From Octopus sinensis (Eukaryota): a stretch of 64,000 bases of DNA. Positions 37,863 to 49,993 of the stretch are shown here, one piece after another (positions within the stretch are counted from its first letter, which is position 1; every line of letters begins with the position of its first letter). The stretch covers positions 80,414,001 through 80,478,000 of the forward strand of contig NC_042998.1 in assembly GCF_006345805.1 (NCBI RefSeq), given 5' to 3'. The notes under the pieces were generated by a model. It did not search any database, was not told the DNA's origin, and saw only the letters and a program-made list of their open reading frames with translations. The position numbers were made by a program, and so were the translations under genes.

Positions 37863-38058
37863 TACTCTTTACTCTTTTACTTGTTTCACTCATTTGACTG
37901 TGGCCATGCTGGAGCACTGCCTTTAGCTGAGCAAACCGACCCCAGGACTTATTCTTTGTAAGCCTAGTACTTATTCTATCATTCTCTTTTGCTGAACTGC
38001 TAAGTTACGGCAACGTAAACACACCAGCATTGGTTGTCAAGCGATGTTGGGGAAACAA

Positions 38059-38090
<32 letters not shown>

Positions 38091-38281
38091 CCACATACAT
38101 ATATATATACATATATATGACAGGCTTCTTACAGTTTCCGTCTACCAAATCCATTCACAAGGCTTTGGTCAGCTTGAGGCTATAGTAGAAGACACTTGCC
38201 CAAGGTGCCACGTAGTGGGACTTAAACCTGGAACAATGTGGTTCGTAAGCAAGCTACTTACCACACAGCCACTCCTATGCC
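37863..38281 (-). mobile_element. SINE family A, full-length copy
   Basis: Reverse complement of 38577-39008 along its whole length. Confidence 0.85.
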
Positions 38282-38576
38282 TATGTGGATTTTATTTATG
38301 TTTGAATATTTGGTTGAATTTGTTTCATAATCATGTGGTTCTCAATTCAATATCACAGCAGACAAGGTGTGGGTGAGAGAAAGAGAGAGAAAAGCAAAGG
38401 CATATATCTAACAAGAGGTATTTTTTATGTTATTAGTAACTTCAGTTAGAACGGCTTTTTAGAAGGATTTATTTATTTAGAACTCTCACCAAGAAATAAA
38501 CAAGCTTCAAGATCATACAGAAAATTGTTGAAATGCTAAACTGAAAGTTGGGCATAGAAATTATACAAGAAGTATA

Positions 38577-38738
38577 GGCGTAGGAGTGGCTGTGTGGTAA
38601 GTAGCTGGCTTACGAACTACACGGTTCTGGGTTCAGTCCCACTGCGTGACACCCTGGACAAGTGTCTTCTACTATAGCCTCGGGCCAACCAAAGCCTTGT
38701 GAGTGGATTTGGTAGACGGAAACTGAAAGAAGTTCATC

Positions 38739-38773
<35 letters not shown>

Positions 38774-39008
38774 TATATGTATGTATGTATGTGAGTGTGT
38801 GTGTATATGTTTGCGTGTTTGTGTTTGTCCCCCCAACATTGCTTGACAACCAATGCTGGTATGTTTACGTCCTCGTAACTTAGCAGTTCGGCAAAAGAGA
38901 CTGATAGAAGTACTAGGCTTACAAAGAATAAGTCCTGGGGTCAATGTGCTCGACTAAAGGCGGTGCTCCAGCATGGCCACAGTCAAATGACTGAAACAAG
39001 TAAAAGAG
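38577..39008 (+). mobile_element. tRNA-headed SINE family A, full-length copy (tail gactgaaacaagtaaaagag)
   Basis: A-box-like tggctgtgtggtaag, B-box-like gggttcagtccc, core gcaagtgtcttctactatagcc...ccttgtgagtggatttggtagacggaaactg, internal (TA/TG)n. Confidence 0.85.
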
Positions 39009-39827
39009 AAGTAGATCTGCTGACAAGACAGCTAATAAAAGACAAGCTGGTGTACAGAATTGAATGAATATTCTCCATTTCCTAAAACTGTACAAAAATA
39101 TTGACCTGTCTTTTGTTTAAGAATACAATTTGTAAAATATTGTACCCAGACAATTACACTAACATGTGAGTACAGAATGGCCAAATGATTAAGAATTTCA
39201 CTTTGCAATCACAATGTGCCAGGTTCAATCCCAATATGTGGTATGTCTTTTACAATTGCTGGTTCAACCTAAGCCTTGTAAGTGAAATTGGGTGAATGGA
39301 AACTGTGTGGAAGCCCTTCAACTGAAGTATTCAAATACACAGCATTGTCATATAGTGTGACACGCTAATTCTAAGGGTTATGTCAAGAGTACATGTGTCT
39401 GTAGAAAGCTCAACCACTTGTTCACTGATTCAACAAGCAGGTTGATCAAACCGCTGAATATTCATCATCAAAACTGATGGAAATCCATTACTTAAAATAA
39501 AATTAAACAGAACAGGCATGGCTGTGAGGTTAAGAACCTCACTTTACAACCCAGAGGTTTTGGGTTCAGTCTCACTGTGTGGTACCTTGGGCAAGTGTCT
39601 TCTACTATAGCCCCAGGGCAACCAATGTCGGTAGATGGAAACTGTGTGCAAGTACACTGTATTAGTGTGTGAGAGAATGTGTGTCTATCTGTCTGTATTT
39701 TTCCCACCACCACCACCACCACTCAACAACCAGTGCTTGTTTGTTTACATCCCCATAACTTAGCGGTTCAGCCTAAGAGACCAATAGGAGATGAGTACTA
39801 GGCTTAAAAACAAGTACTGGAATTAAT

Positions 39828-40226
39828 ATCATCATCATCATCGTTTAATGTCTGTTTTCCATGCTAGCACGGGTTGGACGGTTCGACCGGGGTCTGGGAA
39901 GCCAGGAGGCTGCACCAGGCTCCAGTCTGATCTGGCAGTGTTTCTACAGCTGGATGCCCTTCCTAACACCAACCACTCCGTGAGTGTAGTGGATGCTTTT
40001 TACATACCACCGGCACAGGTGCCAGGGGATTCTGGCAGCGGCCACGATCAGTTGGTGCTTTTTACGTGCCACTGCCACAGGAGCCAGTCAAGGTGGTGCT
40101 GACATCATCCACGTTCGGATGGTGCTTTTTACGTGCCACCGTCACAGGTATCACAACTACTATTTCTATTTGATATTTATTTCGATGTTCATGTACTTGA
40201 CTCAATAGGTCTTCTCAAGCACAGCA
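39828..40226 (-). mobile_element. RTE 3' end (5'-truncated copy)
   Basis: Reverse-complement tail, three modules, and the cttctcaagcacag end shared with 15787. Confidence 0.85.
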
Positions 40227-41925
40227 GGTTGTTCTGAAATCCAAGGTACAATATGTTCAACTAAACCCTTTAAAGTAACACTCCAACATGGCCACAGTCC
40301 AATCACTGAAATAAGTAAAAGATAAAAGAACAATTCTAAAAAAAACACATCTTATCTATTGAACACTAAATATTCAGAGTTACATGTGTCTTTCTAGTGC
40401 TCCTTCTTCCTTACTTTACAGTATTATCAACCAACCAATTTGGTAAATGCACAAGATCAAACAAAGGATCAGAATATAACTTGTGGTTATTACACTGTCT
40501 AGCAATAACCAAATTCTCAGAAAGTTAATCTGGCTGTAAAACAAATTCCACTGTTTGTAATAAAATATGATGCTTCAGTCAAGTGTTAAAGTGTCTATGA
40601 GGTCTTTGTTTTCACAGGAAATGTTCACAAAATAACAACAACCACAGTTTACAAGTGAAGTAAAATAATATGTTTTGTTTTTCTATCCTTTCAAAACAAA
40701 AAAAAAATTAAATGAAGGTAAAATAAAACAGGAAAAGAACATAAAAAAATTAAACAAAAACAAAAAAAAATTCATTGTTGAAGTAACATCGACATTCCAG
40801 AGGAAAATAAGAATGCTCAAGTAAATAATCCACCCTGAACCTAGGTGGGTGTTGAGTGAAAAATAGAATAAAAAGTTGATCAGAAAGTTATTTATATAAT
40901 GCTGTTATTTTTCTATTTTGTATTTTACAAAAGGTGGCCAAGACAAGCACTCAAATATGCAGCAGTTTGCGAAAAAGGCAACAACAATTCTATGTGTACA
41001 TGTCAAGGTGGACAGATTTAGGTGACTCATTTATAGTCAGTAACCTAGTAGCATGACTGCTTTGACTCATTAACCAGACAGTTTTGTAAGCAGCTTATTA
41101 TTAAATGTAGTATATTGTTGTTGTTAGTTAGTTGTTGTTTAGCCCCAGGTCAATACTGATAGATCAGACCTGTGATGAAACACATTCCAGTCATGACTAT
41201 ACTATCTTTTTAAGATTATCTAAGACTACATTATCTAGTGTGTCTTTTCCTTGTTTAAGACAGTATGATAAAAAGGAGATTTAGTTGTTATTTCTAGCAA
41301 GTTGAGAATTTGCATAGACTTTCTTGTTAGTTTATTGTTAAAAGTTGGTGGTGGTAGTGGTGGTGAAGGAATTGTTAGAAATAATTGGTAACATGGCTAA
41401 GGTAACTCACACCATAGAATAACTGATCAAAGGTTTGAGCGCCAACCACAAGGTCCACATGTCAAATATGGTCTAAAATTGGAATACATTTCCTTATAGA
41501 CAACAAAATTTTTATTTCATCAGATACTGAAAAGTCAAAAAAAAAAATCACTTTTAGTGAATTTGTACTTATATCAGTATGTCATTTGGCCATTTACTTA
41601 TCTAATCTATCCTAGTAGTTTACCACTAATGAACAGTCTTGCTTTTCATCATCATCAATGTTTTACATAAACTGTCTATGTTGACATGGATTAGACAAGT
41701 TGTCATAACCCGAGTCAGTTCTCATTCAGAGTAACTGCCTTCTTACAAGGGTCACAAGACTACTTGTCAATCAAGTTTCATTTTTAGCTTGGGTGCCCTT
41801 TCTATCACCAAGCACCTTACATGAGTTACTGGATGCATTTTATTATGACACTAGCACTAAAGAGATTGTCATACCCTTGACAAGACAGAAGGATCTTAAC
41901 TCTAAATTGTCACTGCTTCACCACC

Positions 41926-41966
<41 letters not shown>

Positions 41967-42869
41967 TTTGGCACAAGGCCAGCAAGTTCAGGGAGGAGAT
42001 AAATCAATTACATTGACCCCCCCCCCAATACTCAAATGGTACTTATTTTATTGACCCCAAAAGGATGAAAGACAAAGTTGACCTTGGTGGCATTTGAACT
42101 CAGAATGTAAAGACAGACAAACTGTGGCAAAGCATTTTGCCCACTTTGCTAACAATTTTACCAGCTCACTGCCTTACAACAACAACAATAATAGTTATAA
42201 TAATGATAATAATAACAATAATAATAATAATAATAATAATAAAAATAATGGCTTCAAATATTTGGCACAAGGCCAACGATTTTAGGGAAATGGTTAAGTC
42301 AATATTGTTGACCCGAATGTTTGACAGGTAATATTTTATCAATCCTGAAAAGATGAAAGGCAGAGTCAACCATGATGGAATTTGAACTCAGAACATAAAG
42401 GCAGAAGAGATATGCTAAACATTTGTCAGGTGTAGTAACAATCCTGCTAGCTCACCACCTTAATAATAATAATAATAATAACAACAGTTTCAAATTTTGA
42501 TACAACTTCAGCAATTTTGGGTGAGTGGTAAGTTGATTATATTGACACCCAGGGATCAACTAGTACTTATTTTATTAACCCCCAAAGGAGGAAAGGCAAA
42601 GTTGGCACCAGCAGAATTTGAACTCAGAACGTGAAGACAGATGAAATGCCACTAACCATTTTGTCCAATGTATGAATGGTTCTGCTAGCTCACCCTCTCA
42701 ATAATCCTTTCTATTATCGGCACAAGGCCTGAAATTTTGGGGAAGGGAGTTAGTCAATTACATTGACCTCAGTTATTTGACTGATACTTATTTTATCAAC
42801 TCCAAAAGGATGAAAGGCAAAGTTGACCTCAGTGGAATTTGATCACCATCTTAATAATAATAATAATAA

Positions 42870-43508
42870 GATACCCTGATGCAGTACCAGACAGTGGCTA
42901 TGCCCTGATGCAGTACCAGACAGTGGCCATGCCCTGATGCATTACCAGACAGTGGCCATGCCCTGATGCTTTATCAGACAGTGGCTCTCGTGGCTTCTGA
43001 TCTTAACTGATTGGAAGTGTTATCATGTACATTGTCTTGGTATAAAAGATGGGCTACAGCAAATATTCTGCTCAATACCATAGATTTGCTTGTCAGTTGT
43101 TTGACCTTAACCAGTTGACCATGTCCTTTAGTGGCTGACAATATGTGCATCTCTGATCACAAGCAGAAGTAGTGGGAGAGCATCATAGCCGTGTATTGAA
43201 AGGAAGCCTTGGAGGTTTGGATAATTCACCTTTGGAAACATGGGTGGTTTGTTCGACATCCTTAAACAATCCTTATTCAGGGACCTTTTGAGCGGGATGG
43301 GCTACTCGGCCAGAAGAAAATTCTAACTGGGACCCACCTGCAAGGTCATGCGCTGTTTATTTTGATATGAGATCACCATGTCGCGCACATATGGTTGTGA
43401 TGCATGTACCGGGTGTATCCTTATCAGACGGGTAGTCATGATGGGTATACTGGGCTTCATATATTTTACCCCAGTGTCACTTTGATAGCATGCACTGCTC
43501 TCTCATTC
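42870..43508 (+). mobile_element. ~640-bp non-coding element inserted in (AAT)n; possible 3' UTR of a Dong/R4-type LINE
   Basis: Flanked on both sides by (aat)n, higher GC than its flanks, starts with a 29-bp tandem repeat. The clade assignment is inference from known (TAA)n targeting by Dong/R4 elements. Confidence 0.5.
42874..42987 (+). repeat. 29-bp tandem repeat (ccctgatgcagtaccagacagtggccatg) x~4
   Basis: Units at 42874, 42903, 42932 and 42961. Confidence 0.95.
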
Positions 43509-45422
43509 AATAATATTAATAATAAGTTTCAAAGTTTGGCACAAGGCCAGCAATTTTAAGGGAAGGGATTAGTCAATACTATTAACTCCTATATTTTACT
43601 GGTACTTTATTTTATCAGTCCAAAGAGACGAAAGACAAAGTTGTGCTTGGCAGAATTTAAACTCCAAAAGTAAAGAGCCAGAACATACACTGCAAAGCAT
43701 TTTCCAAACACTAACAATTCTGCCAGCTCACTGCCTTATCATCATCATAACAATTGCATCTAATTTAGGCACAAGGCCAGTGTTTTTAGAGCTGAAGGAT
43801 AGTCAGTTAAACCAAATCCTGAGGAATGAGATGCAAAGTTGACTTCAGCAGGATTTAAACTCGGAATGTAAAAAGTCAGAATAAGATATTTTATCTGATG
43901 CTCTAAAGAATCTGCCAACAACAATTGATACCAATATAAGCACAAGGCTTGAGATTTGAAGGGAGGTGGTTAGTCAATTAAATTAACCCCAGTTCTTGAG
44001 AGGAAGAAAACGTTATTTAAACAAGCTCTATGATCACTACTGTTTTAACCATAACCATTCCATTCCATTTTCCCAAGCACAATTTATTTAAGACTACAAT
44101 ATCCAATGAGACAGTATGATGTAATTTAAAGGAGATTTGGCTGCGATGTAATTTAAAGGAGATTTGGCTTCTATTTTTAGCAGTTTATATGACTACATAA
44201 AATATTGCTGATTGGCTTCTAAATCTCCCTTATTGAAGATGATGATGATGACCATGATAATGATGATGATTATGATGGCTATGGTAATAATGATGAACAT
44301 ATGACAAAAACTATGCCGAAAATAAGGATTCCTTTTCTTTATTTTTTTAAATATATAATGTTCAAGACTAATTAATTAACAAAGGAATGTCTACAAAAAA
44401 AGAAAAAGAAATAAAAGAAAGTCATAAGTAAAAGTTCTCATATAAAGTATGAGAATAAAGAGGCAAACTCATTGTTTAAAACACACTGACTTATTATATA
44501 AACAAGTTACAAACAAATATGTCGGACAAACAATTTATTAAGAAAACATATTGTCTTTTGATGGTTCTGGAAATTACATTGTTACAATGTGTTGATACTT
44601 GGAGATGTAACACACTAAACTAATCAGGTAAATGTAACTTAAATGCTTCTAAAAGTCACAACTAGATCACAATGAGTCAACAAAAAACCATTATATTGTC
44701 ACTTGGCTTGCTAGAAATAATATAATCTCACTCAAATCACACACTACTGTCTTATAAAATGGAAATATGTATTGGATATTGTAGTCAGGCATACAAAATA
44801 CATGGGAAAAAAGGTGGCATTGCTATGGCTGGAATGTCTTTGACCATATGTCTACTTAATCAGAGCTGACCTCGAACTAAACAAAACCAGTAGCAACAAC
44901 TAGGGCACATTGGGCAAAAGGGAAACCAGAGTATGTTTGCTTGACCAGCTACAGACAATAGCCAGATCTCCTTCAAATTACACTATCATCTAAAGAAAAA
45001 AAGAAAGATACATCAAATAACATAATATTTTGTGGTCAGGTTTGAGCTAGTGTTAAACACAATGAAAAGATCACAAGAACTCACTCACCAACACTTTTCA
45101 GCTGCTAGCCACTGTTCCCACTAAGTTGTGTGTACTTGTGTGCGCACACAACTAGGAAAGAGGGAAAAATGCATTCACACAAGGTAAAATCAGGTTTTAT
45201 CATTAAAGAAATTTGACTGATGGTTACCAGGCATGGATGTACACATACTTTGCAAGGAAAGACAAAATTAGCTCACTTTATGCGAATTACTGCTTGCATC
45301 TACAATAAAATATTAGAAGGAACACTAAGTGACAAATGTTTCATTCAGTGTTGATTTATATTTTTCCCACAGACTCAGAGAAGATAGTTTATAATCCAAC
45401 AATGAGACCCTGCATTATAAAC

Positions 45423-45489
<67 letters not shown>

Positions 45490-45618
45490 TGGAATTTGTA
45501 GCTTTGTGGTACCAGTGCCGGTGGCACATACGAAAACCATATATAAACTATAAACTATATTACGGAGATGCACTTGCATAGCAAGTGACCTGATCTGAGA
45601 TCATGTGCTGAAACAAAA

Positions 45619-45770
45619 ACAATTGCAGCATGGAAGGTGTTTATAAACCATTTAAAAACACACAAAAACCGTTAGATTCACTTCAACATTTAAATTTAAA
45701 TGTTGAAGTGAATCTAACAGTTTTTGTGTGTTTTTAAATGGCTTATAAACACCTTCCATGCTGCAATTGT
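45619..45770. repeat. 152-bp spacerless palindrome (74/76 pairs)
   Basis: Centre tttaaa|tttaaa at 45694/45695; mismatches at 45647/45742 and 45670/45719. Confidence 0.95.
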
Positions 45771-46218
45771 GGAAGAGGTAGACCCAGGAAGACCTAGGAT
45801 GAGGTGGTGAAGCATGACCTTCGAACATTAGGCCTCACCGAGGCAATAACTAGTGACTGGGACCTTTGGAAATATGAGCGTGATCATTACCAGTGCCACC
45901 TTACTGGCACGTGAAAAAACATTCGAGCGAGGTTGTTGCCAGTGCTGCTGGACTGGCTCCTATGCAGGTGGCACGTAAAAAATACCATTTGATCATGGCC
46001 ATTGCCAGTACTGCCTGACTGGCCCTCGTGCCAGTGGCACATAAAAGCACCCACTACACTCTCAGAGTGGTTGGCATTAGGAAGGGCATTCAGCTGTAGA
46101 AACTCTGCCAGATCAGATTAGAGCCTGGTGCAGCCATCTGGTTCGCCGGTCCTCAGTCAAATCGTCCAACCCATGCTAGCATGGAAAGCAGACATTAAAC
46201 GATGATGATGATGATGAT
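45771..46218 (+). mobile_element. 5'-truncated RTE copy (ORF end, 3' UTR, (GAT)n tail)
   Basis: ggaagaggtagacccaggaagac...aagcatgacct matches ~13190-13300; shared 3' end and (gat)n tail. Confidence 0.9.
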
Positions 46219-49200
46219 ATATAAACTATATTGAGAATGTGCTGGTGATTGTTGAGAGTGGGTACCTTTGAAAGAGGGAGATGTAGGAAGAAGTGGTAAA
46301 GTCAAATCTCAGTATACTAAGCCTCACAGAAGAACTAATGAAAGAACTACCCAAATGGTGAGATGCTGTACAACTGGGCCTGTTGAACCCATGCCAGCAC
46401 AGAATAATGGACATTAAAATGATAATGATGATACCTTCATAATGTAAAACTGGATTCATAGACCAGCATTAAAATTACATAAGCATGAAAACTACTAATC
46501 CTTCTATCATCATTATCATCCTTATCACCAGCATTGTCATTATTATTACTGCCATCATCATTGTTTTTCTCCATTTACTTTCACCATGCCAACAAGGGTG
46601 GAACTGTATTTGTGCACTCATTCATATAATTCCTACATACATAGGTAGATGTATAGCAATATAAAGAAATGAAATTATATGCATAAATCCTTATATCTGC
46701 TTAATCGGATATGAGATTAAGATATTAAATGACTAAATAGATATATTTATCATTTGTTCTTTATAGGGTTTCAAGCTGAATAATAGATGGTATATTCTAA
46801 CTCTGAACAATTCCAAAGCATAATCACTGATCCATCCATATTACATCCCTCATCTCCCTTATTCCAATGGCCATTGCTCCTTTGAACTAGCAAATGGCAT
46901 GCCCTCAACATTAATTAGTCCTCTCTGTGTATCCTCTTTCTGTCAATATTACCAAATGGCCAACCAAATAATTTCCCTAGTCTTTCCTTCCAAGAACAGT
47001 GACCCCTCTCAAATTCCCTTTTCCCCCATATTTTTCCTATTATCACAGACCTACAGTAATTCAAGCTGAACATCACCTACATTAATCTGAACAGTCTGGA
47101 AGGACCTATAAATGTCATGAGTACTGTAGCCCCTCTCTTAACATATAAAAAGCATCAATCTCTACAATCTTGACAACCAACTTGTTCATGTAGTATATCT
47201 ACACATTTATACGAGAGGTTTGCTACATGTCCAAGCAGCTAACATCCTATATAAAAGAAACTTCTATATGGTCACTCAACCTGTTAGGAATACCAGCCAA
47301 AGCTCCTTTAAACCACATCCTATGCTCACATAAAAATAAAATTTTTAAAAAGGGATACCTAGCATATGCTGTCCTAAATAATACAGTCTTGGAGAGACAA
47401 CACTTGAAAAAACAAGACAGGATGGTCACAGATGGAACAACTATGCTAACAGCACTGCTTAGCCAAGACTAACCTGGGTTTAAGTAACAACTACATCAAT
47501 GATTGCTTTATATAAAATGAGATTAACTTCACCGTGCACGCACTGGCAAATAGGGCCGGGAGTGTAAACGGACATGTGCAAGGTATGCCTGCAACGGTGC
47601 CATCGCCCCGAACATGCTGGGGCACATTTTTGAGACCCGAATTCCAACTACAAACTTTTCGAATGCAACAACAACTATTGTGCTGAATTTCTTGAGAGGA
47701 CATCTACTTTGTCATACTTCAAACTAGTTAGGTTCTACAACTGGGATCCCACTTTGTCTCAACTCACCTAGCTGTGGAGAACAGGTATTTGACTTATTTG
47801 GCTTTCCTGGGAAACTTATCTACAATAGACTAACACTTTGGTAGAGCAAGATGTTTTTCATTCATTGAACACTATAAAAAAAACTGTTGTTGAACAACAG
47901 CTTTATTGCACCTCTGATGGTTTTTAAACTAAAAAGGAAGCTAGTAATGTTGACAACAATCTTGACTAGAGGTAGGTTTGATCTGAGCAGGAAAGAATAA
48001 CAAACGAAAATATTCTAGTTATTTTATTTTGCCTTGCAATATTGTTTATCTTTATTTCTTCCTCAACCTTTATTTCATGCCACCACTTCATTTAGCCAAT
48101 GACCTTGCCTTGCTACTGTAATAAAATAAATCCCAACTCCATACCTCTATAAAAATAAAAAAGGAAATTACCCTGCATATGCTCCTCAGACACTAGCTAT
48201 TGACATGTACCTAGCAAACATGAATCTAACTCCATGTCACTCCAAGATATCAATCTGACTGACCTCTAAATACTATCTACCCATATTCTCCACCTTATGG
48301 ACACAAGCTAGGCAATAAAACAATATTTTTATCCAAGTGGCCTTTGATAATATACCTAACAAAAACAAAACAAGAACAAGTAAAACAAAAAAGAAAATCA
48401 ATATTGAGGTTAAAATAACTGTCTTTCTTCAATGAAAGATACTAAAGTGGAAAGGTTTTCTTCAGTTTGGAATTATAAAAATTTAAGTAGAGAGTGGGGT
48501 AGGGAAATACTTGTCTGATTTTATTTTAGTCCCGTTTTAGTGAATTCAAATTATGAGAGAAAGAAAACCTATTAACTCTTCATTGTAGTTTAATAATTAG
48601 TTGTCTGCTCTTCTCATATCAAGAAGACATCAACCATTGCACCCCACCTCCTTCACACAAGCAGCACTCAACTAGAGCTCTCTCACAGTCACCCCAAATG
48701 TTAGGTTTCACTATCAGTGAGAATTTCTCCCAGTGAAAGCACATCCTTAACATAACAAGGGCTGCTTCCAGAAGACAGGTCCTTCTATTCATGACCAGAA
48801 AGTATTTCAGTCCCCTAATAATTAAGCTACAACAAAGCTCAAGTGAGACCTACATAATTGCTACTCACACAGACATACGCAACCAGAGAAGGACCCCTCT
48901 ACTGACTGACATAAAATCACTCACAAACATGCTCCAGTCTCTGACCCACATGTGTGTTGTCTCTTCAGTCTTTTTTCCTATCATTACTATAATGGCCCCT
49001 ATACCTCATAGTTGGGTAGTGATTCGTGATCAAAACAAACTGAATCATAATGAAATAAAGATATTTCTAATTTAAGCAGAAGGCTAGCAATTTTGTGGTG
49101 AAAGGGTAAGTCAATACTTTCATCCTCAATACTTGGTTACTATTTAATTTTATTGATCCTAAAAGGATGAAAGATAAAATAGACCTTAGCAGAAGTTTAA

Positions 49201-49560
49201 CTCAGAATAAAAACAGCTAAAAAAAAATACCACAAGGCATTTTTCCTGACACTAACAATTCTACCTGCTCACCATCCTGTAGTGAAACAAAGATAATCAT
49301 ATTAAAATATGTTTCATCTCTAAAGACAAGTTCAATAGTCTGAAAAATTATAATCGTATTAACATTAACTCATCTCAGATACTCAGACATTTAATCATTG
49401 ATTTATATCCAATTTCTAGACTGGCATTGGTTGTATTGTAAATATAGAGCCGCCCTCTACAGATATTCATTTTATATATATCATAGTTATATCTGTACCC
49501 TTGCTAACACCACCTGTTATATTTAGTACTGTATCAGTATGTGTGTGTTCTATACTTTTC

Positions 49561-49993
49561 TGCATGGTACCTTGGGTGTCTTCGACTATAGCCCTGAGCT
49601 CATCAAAACTGCCTTGTGAGTAGATTTGGTAGACAGAAACTAAAAGAAACCTATTATGTATATATATATGTATCTATGCACATGTGTGTGTGAGGGAGAG
49701 AGGGGGAGAGGGAGAGAAAGAGAGCTCTTGCATGCCCTGAGTGTTTGTACATTAATGTTTCCTTGCCTTGACATCATGTAATAGTTGTAAACAAGTGTTA
49801 CCATCATGTGAACAGTGTCATTTGTTTCCAATCTTCCATGAAAATATGCCTGATCATATGGAAATATTACCTTATTTGGAAACAGGTGAAGGTTGAAAAC
49901 AGGAAGGACATTATGCCATAGAAAATTTACTTTAAAAAATTCTGTCAAAGCCGTGCAAGCAGGGAAAAATGGATATTAAAACAATGATGATGA
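49561..49993 (+). mobile_element. SINE with partial family-A head and RTE-type tail
   Basis: Same architecture as 7839-8258. Confidence 0.65.

Larger units (their letters stand above)
41928..43990 (-). repeat. Second head-to-tail family-B SINE array (about 7 units, some partial), interrupted at 42870-43508
   Basis: Units at ~41970, 42263, 42490, 42719, 43537, 43768 and 43939 with (AAT)n spacers. Confidence 0.8.

Noticed and set aside
38577-38650. tRNA gene-like sequence (also 19380-19454 and 35247-35320)
   Set aside because: A/B boxes are present but there is no complete cloverleaf, and each continues into a SINE body.
39980-40145. Repeat-spacer pattern resembling a CRISPR array (also 16560-16720 and 45890-46050)
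   Set aside because: Only 2-3 imperfect units, linkers are homologous between loci, always inside RTE 3' UTRs, eukaryotic context, no cas genes.
44118-44169. 25-bp direct duplication gatgtaatttaaaggagatttggct
   Set aside because: Local slippage within a copy of the (AAC)n-tailed dispersed repeat; no sign of an intervening insertion.
47768-47871. Candidate minus-strand exon (TAG acceptor, GTGAGT donor)
   Set aside because: Stops in all three frames and no Par-4 similarity; could only be a non-coding or poison exon.
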